DNA of 64,000 nucleotides from Phoronis australis (Eukaryota; Animalia; Phoronida), in contig NMRA01000214.1 of the NCBI GenBank assembly GCA_002633005.1, forward strand, positions 518,414 to 582,413, given 5' to 3'. The position numbers were made by a program, and so were the translations under genes. Under the pieces are notes generated by a model. It searched no databases. It saw nothing but the letters and a program-made list of their open reading frames with translations, and was not told the DNA's origin. Of the stretch, positions 49,301-61,876 are shown piece by piece; the first letter of the stretch is position 1, and each line of letters begins with the position of its first letter.

Positions 49301-52300
49301 AAAACTTCTTTCAAAGTCCACTAAATGGGCAAGCGTGACCTACACTTTTAGTGAATTACAAAGCAACTGTAGGAAATGACCATCTACCGAGAACCATAAT
49401 GTCCAATCTGTGACATAAGTGCTTCCTGCCTTTAACTTGGAAGATTGACGCCAATGATGCATTAGCAGGTGACAGAACGAGGATTGGTAGAAATCATCAA
49501 AACAGGGTTAGGTGTCCTTTTAAGTTACGACGCTTCAAGTATATGATTTTTGTCTATGAAAATATTAACGTTGTATTTTAGATGAAAAGTAATTTTCATA
49601 ATTTCCGTGTGAAAAGTGTTCCCTTATGTTTTAAGTAAGTATAGCTGGAGCATGGACAAAAGACAGGTGCTGCCATCCCAAGGGGAGCCTAGGTGAACCT
49701 GCACAATTTGACATTTTAGGGTGAAATTATGTAAATTAGGGACAAAAAATTTCAATAAAAATAGCCTCTTTCGTATTTTTAAAGCCTTACTAAATGGCTG
49801 CACATGCTTAAATTTTGCCAAACATTGTTAAAAAGATAGAAAATCTTCATTAATATTTGATTTTGTTGAGAAATTTGGGAAATGAGTGTTTGCACAATAC
49901 TGATCTTAGCTGAGCGCCACCTTTTGACCAAAATCAAAATTTCCATGTTCTTGACTTGATTTTCTAGCACCCACACATGAGCTTATGCTGAGACTGGATC
50001 TGTGTCATTACCCAGATAGCTCACTTTTTAGTTGAGGCTGTAATATACGACAATTCCTGAAAGTGGTTATCAACCAAAATAAACCAGACCACTTTCAGCT
50101 ACCCTCTCCAGATAAAGCCTCGGCCAGGCAAATTGGCTTTTGGTAAAAATTAACCCATTACAGATAACCCTCGCTGTCAGTTTCTAGTAAGAGTCTGTTG
50201 GGTTGCTTGTATGTGGTAGCTGGTTTACTTACTGGTAGGACAACCGTACTCTCTTATTCTCATTGTCGTGTTGTGTTATGCTCTTAGTTACAAAATTGCT
50301 ACTGCAGAGTTTAACTTACTGAGACAAGGATATTCACAATACCGATATTTTTAGGAATGACAGTCAGTATGGAGATTCTGATATGGAAGGTTAGGCTTAT
50401 GCATTGTATGTCAGCAATAATGACGTGTTTTACATGTTGATGTGATGCCTACAAGAGTTTTATGATTGGTGAAATGTTGAAAATCTGTAGCTTGTTGAAA
50501 CTCAGTTCAGTCTTCTTTTTTCAGTATAAAATCTTATTTTTTGTGTTCTTATTTCTGTTAAACTTTATGTAAAATGTCAATTTTTAAATTGCTGTAGTTC
50601 AAGTGGGTATGTTAAGAATATATTTATTCACAATTTTCCCGATATTACATTTCCTCAGCTGTATCAGCTTTGTACGTATGGTAATTCTCTGGCTATTTAT
50701 CAATATGGCCGTCTAGTGAAATGTTAGTGTAGAATTGCCACACTCTTGTTCTTTATATGCTCAAAACTTCCTGTTGGACATACAGTATGTTAAAAGTTCT
50801 TTGAATTATAACACAACATGGCGGAGTTTTGACAAGAGTACACAAGATAATTTTACGTGATTATTTGAAAACTTTGTATAGTACAGCTGTCATTAACTAC
50901 CACAAGGTGAAATGTTGATTCTTTTTGACAATGCAGGAAGTGTTCGAAAAATCAACGAGTTAGAATTCTTGCGATTATTTTGTTTTTTGTTCAATTTTAT
51001 GGAAACTTCCATGTCCATTACTATGTTTCAATTTTCTGTCAATATTTTATGAATCTGACTTTGTGTGTTTTCAGATACCCCACCAGGCGGCATCCCAAGC
51101 ACACCGAGAGATAGTATGTTGAAAGAACCAGACTCGAATGGCCAGTCGTCTGAATTCGGCACCCAACCCTTCGACTCGCACCGTCTACCTTCAAGCAGGC
51201 CACATCATCACATGGAGCCAGGAGTAGAAGTCCCTTTCAGAATGCCATCTTGGGTAAAATTATAAAGCTAATAAACGTCAACCAGTGTGTAGGGAGCAGT
51301 GTTTTATCCATGAAATTTGAGTTAATGTCTTCTTGAGTTTACCACAGCTAAGTACTAATTGTGATTGAACACTGACCATCATATTTCTAAAATTTTAGTC
51401 ACTTTCAGAATAAATATATTTACACCAAAAAGAGACTACCATGTTCCTCCAGGTTAATGCCGGCCCACAAAATATTCTCATTTAAACACCCATGCTCAGC
51501 TCAACCCCCACCCCATTTTCAATTGCTCATCCCCTAATTTCTCAGTTTGCCAATTTAGTTACTCAGACACTCACGTGTACTGTCCTTTATGAGTTGTAAC
51601 CTGGAGATGTAATTATATATACCACAATGTCTTTCTGTAACACGTTCTTCAGATACTCTGAATTCTTATTTGATATTACTTCGCTTTACAGTTTGGTAGA
51701 TTTGATCAGCTACCAGGGCCCTCTCATCACAAACAAGACAATGGTGAGTATCCCTATTACACAAAGTGAGCAGCACTTCTGTAGCACGTTTCTGTCATTT
51801 GCGCATGCCAGTGTCAGTAGTTAAAAGTACTGGCTTCTCATATTTCCTTCAACCCTGTTTCACTTTCAGCTGAACTGCTTCAGTGTGAAGACACTATGCA
51901 ACTCTTGTGAAATCACCTACTTAAAAGTGTGTGCATTCAGGCGTTCACATGGTACCCTTATCTGGTGAATGTCCCTCCGTTGGTGAACTGCTCTCTATTC
52001 TTATTCAGTTCATATGCTGAAAAGAGGAACTTGTGTTCCTCATTATCACCTGGTGAACATACATGACCTGTCTTGTGAGCTCGTCATGCGCATCGCCGTG
52101 GTGACTATCTGTTCTAGCCAAAGACATTACGGGGATTTTCCATTGATAAGCCCATGGGCGTGTATTTGGAAAATGAAAGTTTTCAGGCATTTTAGTAGCA
52201 CCAAATAAACGCTGGGCGTTTGTTTGGAAAAGGGGGCGTATAAAGGGAAAATCATAGTTTTGCTAACTTTGACATTTTTTTTACTTAAACTGTGTTTTTA

Positions 52301-55300
52301 AATTTTATGTTTATAAGTGCATAGTTCGCCAACGTCTTGTTCGTTTTCATAAATGATAAATTCTCCACAAAACTGAATTCTAAGTTCATTACCAAAGAAT
52401 TTTCTTTGATAAATTTCTTCTACATCTAAAACTCAATGTTCATTAGTGTGAGTACTTCTTATTTACTAAGTCAAACACCCAGTATGCATGAGGATGATTT
52501 TCTCTACAGTTACAACCCATTACCTCCTGTTTTGTTTTCTTATTTGATAAATGTGGTGCTTTATATTAGTGCAGTATTGCTATATGGACATAAATGCCAT
52601 AATCCATTGTGATTAGCTTTCTCGATCCTCGAAGGGGTCAAATATGAGAATGATTGATGTTTCAGATTTGGACAAAGAAGTTCAGGATGGAAGTCTTGAT
52701 TCCATACTGTCGGACAAAGACGACAAGATTGAGCCTAGATCGTCTCCTCAGTCATTCTTTCGCAGCACCTCTGTAGTGACCGTTCGTGGACCAAACGGGG
52801 TAAGCAGTAGCCACTTCCTGCAATATTGCAGCGCCCTCTCTGATTCTGTGATGTTTACCCACAATGCTGTGCTTCTGTGGGGCACTAACCCCACAGCTGT
52901 ACACTGCTGTGATGCTAATCACTCTTTTACATTCAAATCAGTTTGCTATTTGTCACTGTGATATAAATAGTTTTACTGTTGCGTAGTGATTAGCGAGACA
53001 TAAAAAATTAAATGAGGCATGGTAAAACTTGAATCATTTGCTCGAAAGTGTGTTAACGACCATTCATTTTGAAATAAACTAGGTTAATCACACAAGGTTG
53101 TTTTCTACCTAGTATCCCAGCAGTGTTTTGCCCAGTATCATGCACGCTAATACACAGACCAGTTATCTCCCTTGTAGCTAGGCAATAGCCTTTGAAAAAA
53201 TAGAAAAATTAGCAGGTTGGCAATTATTTTGCTGTGAAATAGGTGAAGAATTTCCATATGTTTTATGAAAAATATGAAAAAATGAAATTCACTTGTCCAC
53301 CACTTTTTTCCTAACTTGGTGAGATTTTGCCACATCAGTGTGCATGCAATAATGGTACTGGGCTAACTGTTGGGAATTCATAACAAGGGACCCCTTTCTG
53401 GCAAATGATAATGGAGTCATCTGTCGCTGGTAAATGATAATGGAGTCATCTGTCGCTCTCTTTTTTTATGCGCCCACATATTTATATGTGGACGCATTAT
53501 GCCGTCATCTCTGTCCGTCCGTCCATCCGTACGGGCGGCATCCGTCCGGTGTCCGCTGCTGTATCTCCAAAACCCTTTGACATATGTTCATGAAGTTTGG
53601 CACATATGTTCCATTCATGAATGGGACGGCATGTGCGAACTTTTGGACAGATCGGACTACCGGTGTGCCCCCTAGTGGCAATTTTAGTTTTTTACGCTTA
53701 CCTTTGTATCTTCAAAAGTTTTGAACAGATTTTCATGAAATTTGGTATGTAGGCACTTATTAGTGAGATGACGCTATCCTCCCGTTTTCAGATGGATTCG
53801 ACATAGTTTGCACCACCTAGTGGCCATTTTTAGTGTTTTCGAGTGTGTTTTTGTGCGTCAACCCCTCTATCAACCAAACCGCTCAAAGGATGATTGTGAA
53901 AATTGGCATGTATATGCTTACTATGTAGAGGACGGTTGACGATGATTTTCCGACGATTTTGACTACTGTGGCGCCTCCTAGTGGCAGTTTTNNNNNNNNN
54001 NNNNNNNNNNNNNNNNNNNNNNNNNNNNNNNNNNNNNNNNNNNNNNNNNNNNNNNNNNNNNNNNNNNNNNNNNNNNNNNNNNNNNNNNNNNNNNNNNNNN
54101 NNNNNNNNNNNNNNNNNNNNNNNNNNNNNNNNNNNNNNNNNNNNNNNNNNNNNNNNNNNNNNNNNNNNNNNNNNNNNNNNNNNNNNNNNNNNNNNNNNNN
54201 NNNNNNNNNNNNNNNNNNNNNNNNNNNNNNNNNNNNNNNNNNNNNNNNNNNNNNNNNNNNNNNNNNNNNNNNNNNNNNNNNNNNNNNNNNNNNNNNNNNN
54301 NNNNNNNNNNNNNNNNNNNNNNNNNNNNNNNNNNNNNNNNNNNNNNNNNNNNNNNNNNNNNNNNNNNNNNNNNNNNNNNNNNNNNNNNNNNNNNNNNNNN
54401 NNNNNNNNNNNNNNNNNNNNNNNNNNNNNNNNNNNNNNNNNNNNNNNNNNNNNNNNNNNNNNNNNNNNNNNNNNNNNNNNNNNNNNNNNNNNNNNNNNNN
54501 NNNNNNNNNNNNNNNNNNNNNNNNNNNNNNNNNNNNNNNNNNNNNNNNNNNNNNNNNNNNNNNNNNNNNNNNNNNNNNNNNNNNNNNNNNNNNNNNNNNN
54601 NNNNNNNNNNNNNNNNNNNNNNNNNNNNNNNNNNNNNNNNNNNNNNNNNNNNNNNNNNNNNNNNNNNNNNNNNNNNNNNNNNNNNNNNNNNNNNNNNNNN
54701 NNNNNNNNNNNNNNNNNNNNNNNNNNNNNNNNNNNNNNNNNNNNNNNNNNNNNNNNNNNNNNNNNNNNNNNNNNNNNNNNNNNNNNNNNNNNNNNNNNNN
54801 NNNNNNNNNNNNNNNNNNNNNNNNNNNNNNNNNNNNNNNNNNNNNNNNNNNNNNNNNNNNNNTTTGGTTGTATACCTGTGCAAACTTAGACGATAACCTA
54901 TCATTTGGTTCTAGAAAGTTGAACACAAGCGCATCACACGAGACGGCCGCGGCAATGAGGAAGCCACAGTAACTCGGTCATACGGTGACCAGAGTCATAC
55001 GGTCACTACGACGACTGACCAGGAAGGGGTGAGGGAGAGAGTGGAGAGCTTCAACAATATGGACGAGAGTAAGTCAGGAAATGTAAATACTGGGTGGGCG
55101 GTTTTCTCACTCACGAACTGCATTTGTGTTCTAGTGAGGCTACATGTGTGTTCTAGTGAGGCTACATGTGTGTTCTAGTGAGGATACATGTGTGTTCTAG
55201 TGAGGATACATGTGTGTTCTAGTGAGGATACATGTGTGTTCTAGTGAGGATACATGTGTGTTCTATTGAGGGTACATGTGTGTTTGAGTGAGGATACATG

Positions 55301-55810
55301 TATGTTCTGGTGAGGATACATGCAAATGATCGTCAGCAATGACGGAGAAATAGTGTTCCTTTATCCATGACCAACATTTATCCAGCATGTTACTCCAGGA
55401 CGTTTCATTGGCAGGTGGAGCCACCTTCTTTACTTTGAACTTTTGACAAAAAATCTGACTAGGGAACAGTTTCAGAACAGTTTAAGGTTTGATAATTTGC
55501 ATTCATTTGATGTAATATTAGATTTTAGATGAAAAAGAGATTTAATGTTTTTGTGTTGCCATGAATGTTTTTGGCCGGCTACGTGTGTGCGTCACATACT
55601 TTCTTCAATACCAAATGCATTTTTCTATACTGTTTTGTAGAAGATCTGGATTCCTTTGAAAAGCGATGGAGTACCTCTGAACAAAGCCCAAAGTCAAGAG
55701 AAGACAGCATGTTTAAACTGCCAACAGTTCAGTACCATGACAACCAAAAAGGTTTCTTCAAGAAACTTTTTGAGTACACATTTCCAGGTTTCGCAAAACC
55801 TGATAAATGA
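46330..55810 (+). CDS. HAX1: HCLS1-associated protein X-1 (HAX1) homolog, 8 coding exons, ~327 aa (314 aa if the 39-nt exon is skipped)
   Basis: Exons 46330-46364, 47632-47852, 48114-48152, 51075-51253, 51692-51743, 52666-52799, 54915-55068 and 55641-55810 splice in frame. HAX1-like motifs: N-terminal MDDLFKNFFG, acidic region, PRDSMLKEPDS (vertebrate LRDSMLKYPDS), DLD..V...LD.IL, SFFRSTSVVTVRGPNG and KVEHKRITRDGRGNEEATVTR. AATAAA at 56136-56141. Confidence 0.9.
46734..46800. repeat. 67-bp near-perfect palindrome in HAX1 intron 1
   Basis: aatttagagaaccaggcaatcactgaataatggg|cccaatattccttgattgcctggttcttaaatt. Confidence 0.8.
47632..47852 (+). CDS. HAX1: HAX1 exon 2 (acidic region)
   Basis: SGKFKEDKRHDDFIKDFDDLRPDGGPYPDEHNHFPTEEEFFHDFRIPEPRDMFQHFEEILRNFGMAEFSVKHR; donor GTGAGT. 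The 5' boundary is uncertain because the acceptor is weak. Confidence 0.8.
48114..48152 (+). CDS. HAX1: HAX1 small symmetric exon (39 nt)
   Basis: ctcattcctcgtttgtgctctcacag|ACAATTATGGAGTGGGAAAGTTTGATTTCCCAGTGCTGG|gtgagt; phase 1-1; (D)NYGVGKFDFPVL. Confidence 0.72.
49173..49523. mobile_element. Repeat family C, full copy with TTAA target-site duplication
   Basis: TTAA-AAGGATACC...GGTGTCCTT-TTAA termini with short TIRs; similar to 17362-17727 along its length. Confidence 0.7.
51075..51253 (+). CDS. HAX1: HAX1 exon (PRDSMLKEPDS)
   Basis: Acceptor gtgttttcag; carries the conserved RDSMLK motif; donor TGG|GTAAAA. Confidence 0.9.
51692..51743 (+). CDS. HAX1: HAX1 52-nt exon
   Basis: FGRFDQLPGPSHHKQDN; cttcgctttacag acceptor, GTGAGT donor; phases 0 to 1 fit both neighbours. 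Confidence 0.85.
52145..52380. mobile_element. Repeat family B inverted copy
   Basis: Reverse-complement similarity to ~6060-6315, e.g. catagttcgccaac...ctccacaaaactgaatt. Confidence 0.6.
52666..52799 (+). CDS. HAX1: HAX1 exon (DLDKEV...RGPNG)
   Basis: tttcag acceptor, GTAAGC donor; conserved SFF.S.SV..V..P.G motif. Confidence 0.9.
53461..53991 (+). mobile_element. DINE-1/Helentron-like non-autonomous element running into an assembly gap
   Basis: Poly-T start, short inverted repeat atgcgcccacata/tatgtggacgcat, (TCCG)n microsatellite, then ~130-170-bp internal repeats with gaa(a/g)tttgg and cc(c/a/t)cctagtggc. Confidence 0.6.
53992..54861. other. Assembly gap (N run)
   Basis: Run of N. Confidence 1.
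54915..55068 (+). CDS. HAX1: HAX1 exon (KVEHKRITRDGRG...)
   Basis: ggttctag acceptor, GTAAGT donor; matches the HAX1 VE..R...D..G..E.TVTR motif. Confidence 0.9.
55125..55322. repeat. 22-bp minisatellite, ~9 copies, in the last HAX1 intron
   Basis: Unit tgtgttctagtgagg(a/c)tacatg. Confidence 0.93.
55641..55810 (+). CDS. HAX1: HAX1 terminal coding exon
   Basis: tgttttgtag acceptor (NAGNAG tagAAG); DLDSFEKRW...GFFKKLFEYTFPGFAKPDK*. Confidence 0.85.
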
Positions 55811-58800
55811 ATTACATCACAAATGAAATTCTATAATTTTAATTGTCCAATTCTGTCTATTGCTAGCATAACTTGTGCTATGTAGTTGTCCTACAGTAAC
55901 ATTCTCTAAAGATTGCATGATTTGTAACAAAGTTGAAAAATGCAAAATGACACTTCTGGCAGTTGTTTTTGTGCAATATAAATGGAGAATAGCCATAGTA
56001 AAATAATTACTACTATGATAACTGTGCATTCATTGTGCAAATTTCATGAAGCTGTAGGATGTTTTTTTTGTTATTAACAATGCAACTCATCGTGTGCGAA
56101 ATGTCAAATCTTCTCTTTTCTAGTGGTGATATGAAAATAAAGTGTTACGAGTGATTGTTTTGTTGGTATACCTTGGTGCAGTTTGGAAACAGATTTCCTT
56201 ACACCACAAATATTATGAAGGTACCTATGTTATGCCGGCCCATATTTTTAAGCTCCCCATGCAGTGCCACTGTTGAAAGCGTTTGTTTCTACTCGTTTTG
56301 GGTAGGAACCCTTTGTTTTGTTATTTTTTACTGGAGAAGCAATGACGATCCAGAAAGTCATGAGAGTCGCGACATCCACAATTTTTGGAAAGTTAGTGAA
56401 AGTGTAAATGTTAAGTGTGCATGATGGAATTGTCATTAGTGTTTCTGAGTCTTTAATGATCCATGATGACCTATTGGCTGTAATTCCAGCTTGTGAAATT
56501 CTGAATGTTTAATTTGTACATGGTTGCCTTGGCCAATAGATGGCGTGTTGCACACCCAGCAGTTGAGGAACATAAGCAAACGTTTTAGGTTGTAAGTCAC
56601 CAGGCCTTGTTCAATTTTCAAAATTCAAAAACCACGTTTGCTTTTCACCAACTATTCGAACATGCTATGTACAAACTTTCAAAGCGAAATTTTTAAGACA
56701 CTATTGTCGCCCCCACTGTGATCAGAATGCCCAGGTCTCGTTATCTAGAGAAGGATAAAATCAACAGCGTGAGGCGATTTAATTATTCATAACAGCATGG
56801 TGTTTGTGATTTAAAGCTGCAGAATCGGTGATGCGCAAACTGGTCGAGTTGCCGTTGCTCGACCGACGGGTTAGGGTGTCCACGTATAGGATTTTTTATG
56901 CCGGCTGAGCGGCAACAACTGTTTTACGCAAATCTCGTATGCGCGTGCGCCTAATATGCGCATACAGGGTAATTATCCTCTGGTTAGCTGTGCTGTGCTG
57001 CGTATTTACGGTTAACACGATTCGGGCTTTTGCGGACTCATGCCGTGACTGACATATCTCTAGGAAACGAGCATGTCTTCAACGCAACCTCATACCACTT
57101 AGTGGTCAGAGACGCAAATAGTGTGTTCGTTGTTCAATTTTCCACTATCAGTTCTGTTAATAGTTCTTTGAGCCTTGTTGAAAATCCTTTGGTATCTCAG
57201 TGCGCTGGTGGTGTCAATTAAAACACGAATACTTTTGTTTTCCTGAGCGCATCACTTCTACGGCTTGGAAAACAAAAAAGGATTGCTGGAATATGAAAAA
57301 CACCGTTAGTCCCGAATAAAATCACTTCCCAGTGCTCTGTGGGACGTGCCGCACCCAGCTTGAATGTCTCATCTTCTTGTGCTCGTTCTCACGGGATAGT
57401 TGAGTTTTCCATTTTGAACAGAAATTAGTTCGCGTAAGCAAAAAATGTTCCGTAATTGACACATTCTTAAAATTCGACAAGTAAGAATTACCATCGCAAA
57501 GCAGTGGCGGATTTAAGGGTGGGGGGAGGGGGGTAAGGGGACCATGGCCCCCCTAAAATTCTCCCAGATTCCATTTGGCAGTAGGGGTTGCGAATGTCTG
57601 ACGGGCAATATCCTGGCTAAATTACGAGAGACGCGCACAAAAGCAGCTCGGTAATTGAGTTTGCGCACTCGGTTGACTGGCTGGCAATAAAATTAAATAG
57701 TATAAGCTACCTGTTTCACCAAAGGGATACAACTCTGAAATCAAAGATTATTTTTGACCTGTTTTTTGATTTCATATACTAACATCATGCAAACCATAGG
57801 TATATATGTATATCGCACACCCGTGACTTGTTGGATTTTGGACGTTGCCTAAGCGCACTCATGACTAAAAGTTGCGCCGCAACACGGATTGTCTTTTTAT
57901 ACTGGGTTCACGTGAGTGGCGAAAATACTAGCAGTTTCACTGGCTAAACACTAGCGAAAACCCTAGCGTTTTAGACAGATAGGCGAGCTGTCCGCCAAGT
58001 TGTAATTTTCTCAGAAGTTAGATCAGTGGTTTCCTCACCACCCGAGTCGCTTAGCCAATGAACACGGGGTCACATCTTGTCATAAATTGATTGACGTGAC
58101 GAGAGACCAAAGGCAACTTACATGTACCTCTGCGCATGCGGGTCCTTTGACAGTACTAAGCGGTCTGGCTACAAAAGTTCCTACTTGCGAAAACGCCAGC
58201 AGTTTTAGGGTAACTCAAACCTCCAGCAAAGCGCAAACAAAAGTGACCCTGAAATCGTTCACATTACTGGCGTTTTTGCTGCTAGCGAAGATGAGTGCTA
58301 CCAAAACGCTAGCGTAATTTAGATAGGTTTAGCCTGGGAGTAATATACATATTGGTCCTAGGTTTAGCGTAAACCAAATACGCCCCGTCCACATACTGAG
58401 CTAGGCGCAGGTCAACAATCGCTGAGGGTGCAATGTACCATGGGTAATAAGGTGCCCGTAACATGCTGTAAAATGTATAACGAGAGTAATGCGTAGGCTG
58501 GCCAATGTGTTTGGGGAAGGTGAAATTTCGCGACTACCTGAGAAGAGTTCAAGTGATGGGTCTGAAAATTTCAAATCTGGATTGTCATAGCAGGATGAGG
58601 CAACAACGGAATACGGTTGGAAAATAAGAACCATTCTACACAGGTACCGTTATCGAAAATATCCATTGACCTTCCTGGAAAAAACAGAATCCTCCTTGAA
58701 GAAGTACAAACATTGTTAGTGACCTCATTTATCTCGCAGCATGAATTTTGAAACTGTAAAAATAGATTTCCACTTACTCCAAACTTAATATTCCAAATTT

Positions 58801-59524
58801 AATTTCCTTGTTTTTGTGCACAAGTTTTCGTTTGTGGTTGTTCTGTTGTGATTAGGTTTTTGAATTTTTTAATTCTCATTTTGGAGATTCGATTTTGGGG
58901 GCATATGTATCTGTATTATTTTATTGAATTAAATCCATGATTAACTATGAAATCCCGGTTTCAAAACATGATAACGATATAGAATTCCGGTTAGAATGCA
59001 GTAATGGAATTTCATGCGAGCACTGGGGCAATGGTGAGTTGTTTAATTTTTGCCATTTGCTAAATTTTCGTTTTCATTGCCTGTGCTCAACGACACCATT
59101 TTTAAGTCTGCCAAGGTGATGATTTGGCCCACTCGAGACTTATTCCTAAGTTTGAGTGACATCCCCAAGGGGGGGGGGGTCTACTTTTTGCAACGAACAC
59201 TTGGGCTCGCCCCCTCTAGTTACGTAGGTAAGTCACTGAGCCAACGGACCAAATCACCATAAAATGTTATCCTAAGGCTGGTTCTTTGCAGTGTGCGGCG
59301 AGGAAATTACACTTCCCAATGTGCGCACCCAGCCCAAAGTATTGGGGGGCTCGAATTTTTCAGTATGCGGACCTTTTACTGACAAAAACCAACGAGGACT
59401 AAAAAAAAACGGGCCACTAGGTTCAGGCCTACAGCGAATTGTGCATCCACGCCCAGAATTCCTGTGGACTTTTGTCTCGTTTACTCGGGTTTTGTGTTTC
59501 GGTGAGGAGGACCTTTTTGCCCAA

Positions 59525-60427
59525 NNNNNNNNNNNNNNNNNNNNNNNNNNNNNNNNNNNNNNNNNNNNNNNNNNNNNNNNNNNNNNNNNNNNNNNNNNNN
59601 NNNNNNNNNNNNNNNNNNNNNNNNNNNNNNNNNNNNNNNNNNNNNNNNNNNNNNNNNNNNNNNNNNNNNNNNNNNNNNNNNNNNNNNNNNNNNNNNNNNN
59701 NNNNNNNNNNNNNNNNNNNNNNNNNNNNNNNNNNNNNNNNNNNNNNNNNNNNNNNNNNNNNNNNNNNNNNNNNNNNNNNNNNNNNNNNNNNNNNNNNNNN
59801 NNNNNNNNNNNNNNNNNNNNNNNNNNNNNNNNNNNNNNNNNNNNNNNNNNNNNNNNNNNNNNNNNNNNNNNNNNNNNNNNNNNNNNNNNNNNNNNNNNNN
59901 NNNNNNNNNNNNNNNNNNNNNNNNNNNNNNNNNNNNNNNNNNNNNNNNNNNNNNNNNNNNNNNNNNNNNNNNNNNNNNNNNNNNNNNNNNNNNNNNNNNN
60001 NNNNNNNNNNNNNNNNNNNNNNNNNNNNNNNNNNNNNNNNNNNNNNNNNNNNNNNNNNNNNNNNNNNNNNNNNNNNNNNNNNNNNNNNNNNNNNNNNNNN
60101 NNNNNNNNNNNNNNNNNNNNNNNNNNNNNNNNNNNNNNNNNNNNNNNNNNNNNNNNNNNNNNNNNNNNNNNNNNNNNNNNNNNNNNNNNNNNNNNNNNNN
60201 NNNNNNNNNNNNNNNNNNNNNNNNNNNNNNNNNNNNNNNNNNNNNNNNNNNNNNNNNNNNNNNNNNNNNNNNNNNNNNNNNNNNNNNNNNNNNNNNNNNN
60301 NNNNNNNNNNNNNNNNNNNNNNNNNNNNNNNNNNNNNNNNNNNNNNNNNNNNNNNNNNNNNNNNNNNNNNNNNNNNNNNNNNNNNNNNNNNNNNNNNNNN
60401 NNNNNNNNNNNNNNNNNNNNNNNNNNN
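59525..60427. other. Assembly gap (N run)
   Basis: Run of N. Confidence 1.
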
Positions 60428-61730
60428 ATAGTTCTGTTCTGGCTGACAAGGTGTTAACAGAGAATGAAGAGAAACTGAAAAGAAAAAGTAAGACAGCAAA
60501 GATAAGTGGTGTTAAGTACAACAAGAGCAAAAAGTCAAATAAAGAGGTCACAAACAGAAATAAGTAAGGTATATCTGGAATAAAACAATCCAGGGCTCAG
60601 TCGTGATTTATTTTCCAGAACTGAAATTCTAAATCAATTTTAATCGATTTAAAAATCGATATCATACTAGTAAAGCAGTTTGTGGTTGAAGTAGAATTGC
60701 TGTATACCACTTTCCACTATTTTCTTGGCCTTTTTCTGTGTGGTTTGCTGTTCTTTCAAAAGGCGGCAGCATATGACGACCATAGGTATCGTTATAAAAT
60801 GGCTGCCGAAAAGCAATGCACAGTTGAACAACTCGGCATAAGTAAAAGAAAACGTTTGAATCAACGAATACTATATATTTGTGAGAGTTAAATCAAATCC
60901 TATTCAGATCATAACTTTGAAGTGGAATGATTGGGTGAGTACGACAACAAGCCGGTTTTATGCTTAGGCGGACGACCATTGGGTTCCCGAGTATACTCAC
61001 CAGTTAAAACACAGCTATTCAAGCTTCAGTAAAACCCAATCCAGGTGCCCATCCCTGACATCCTGATTGCTTGCTGAAAGACTGCCAGCAGGATTCCCGC
61101 CAGCAGTTTAAGTAAAACAAGCATCCGGGGAACCATAAAACTGACAAATCACAAGACACCACAGAAAGATAAAGGACGAATGATGTTGACGATTACAACA
61201 AGAGTATCAGGGTTCGACGCAAGACTCCCCGACATGTCATGGAATTTGCTAGGCAATGACCATCGCCTCTGTTGGCCCGATGCACTCGGCTCAGAATCGC
61301 GCTCCCTGTGTTCTGGATCCACCCCCAAAGCTGGCACCCTCTCCTTCCACCACTTGAAAGTCTTATATAGGCCTACATCTCAAGGTTTCGTGGGTCCTCG
61401 ATAGGTCTCACTCTGCTAACCAGTCAGCTATCTGTAATATGAAGACTAGTGTCAAAAACCAGTATTTGTTAGTCGTAATCACGAAACCTCGAAATTTCAC
61501 ACTGACACTGTCCGAGTAGTTTTACTCACGACCTCGTTGTGAAGCTTTTGCCAACTTGTAGAAGTAACAACCGGTAGGTTGCGTGCAAAATTTTGGAAGT
61601 TGGTCGCCACAAACCGTGCCCGATTTCAAGTGACCACTTTACTCAAGTCTTGAGATGATGGCTTTGCCAAGAAATTTTTTTCTCAGAAAATTGGTTCGCT
61701 GTTGCTTAAATGCTAAAAACTTATACGACC

Positions 61731-61876
61731 CATGGGCGGCGCAGCACTGAAAAAAGTGGGGGGGGGGTTGAATCCCCCCAGCCCCCCTGTGGTGCACTAT
61801 CTATAGACCATGGCCAATGCAGTACTAAAAAAGTGGGGGCTGTAGCTCCCCAGCCCCGTATGGTGCACCGCCCACG
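61731..61876. mobile_element. Short G/C-tract TIR element (MITE-like)
   Basis: Termini catgggcggcgca...tgcaccgcccacg with an internal duplicated gcag(c/t)act(g/a)aaaaa..gtggggg...cccagcccc motif. Confidence 0.45.

Noticed and set aside
53883-54972. Long ORFs of 302-347 aa in the track
   Set aside because: They are almost entirely X from the N gap.
59291-60551. Long ORFs of 330-388 aa in the track
   Set aside because: Artefacts of the second N gap; the flanking translations show no recognisable domain.
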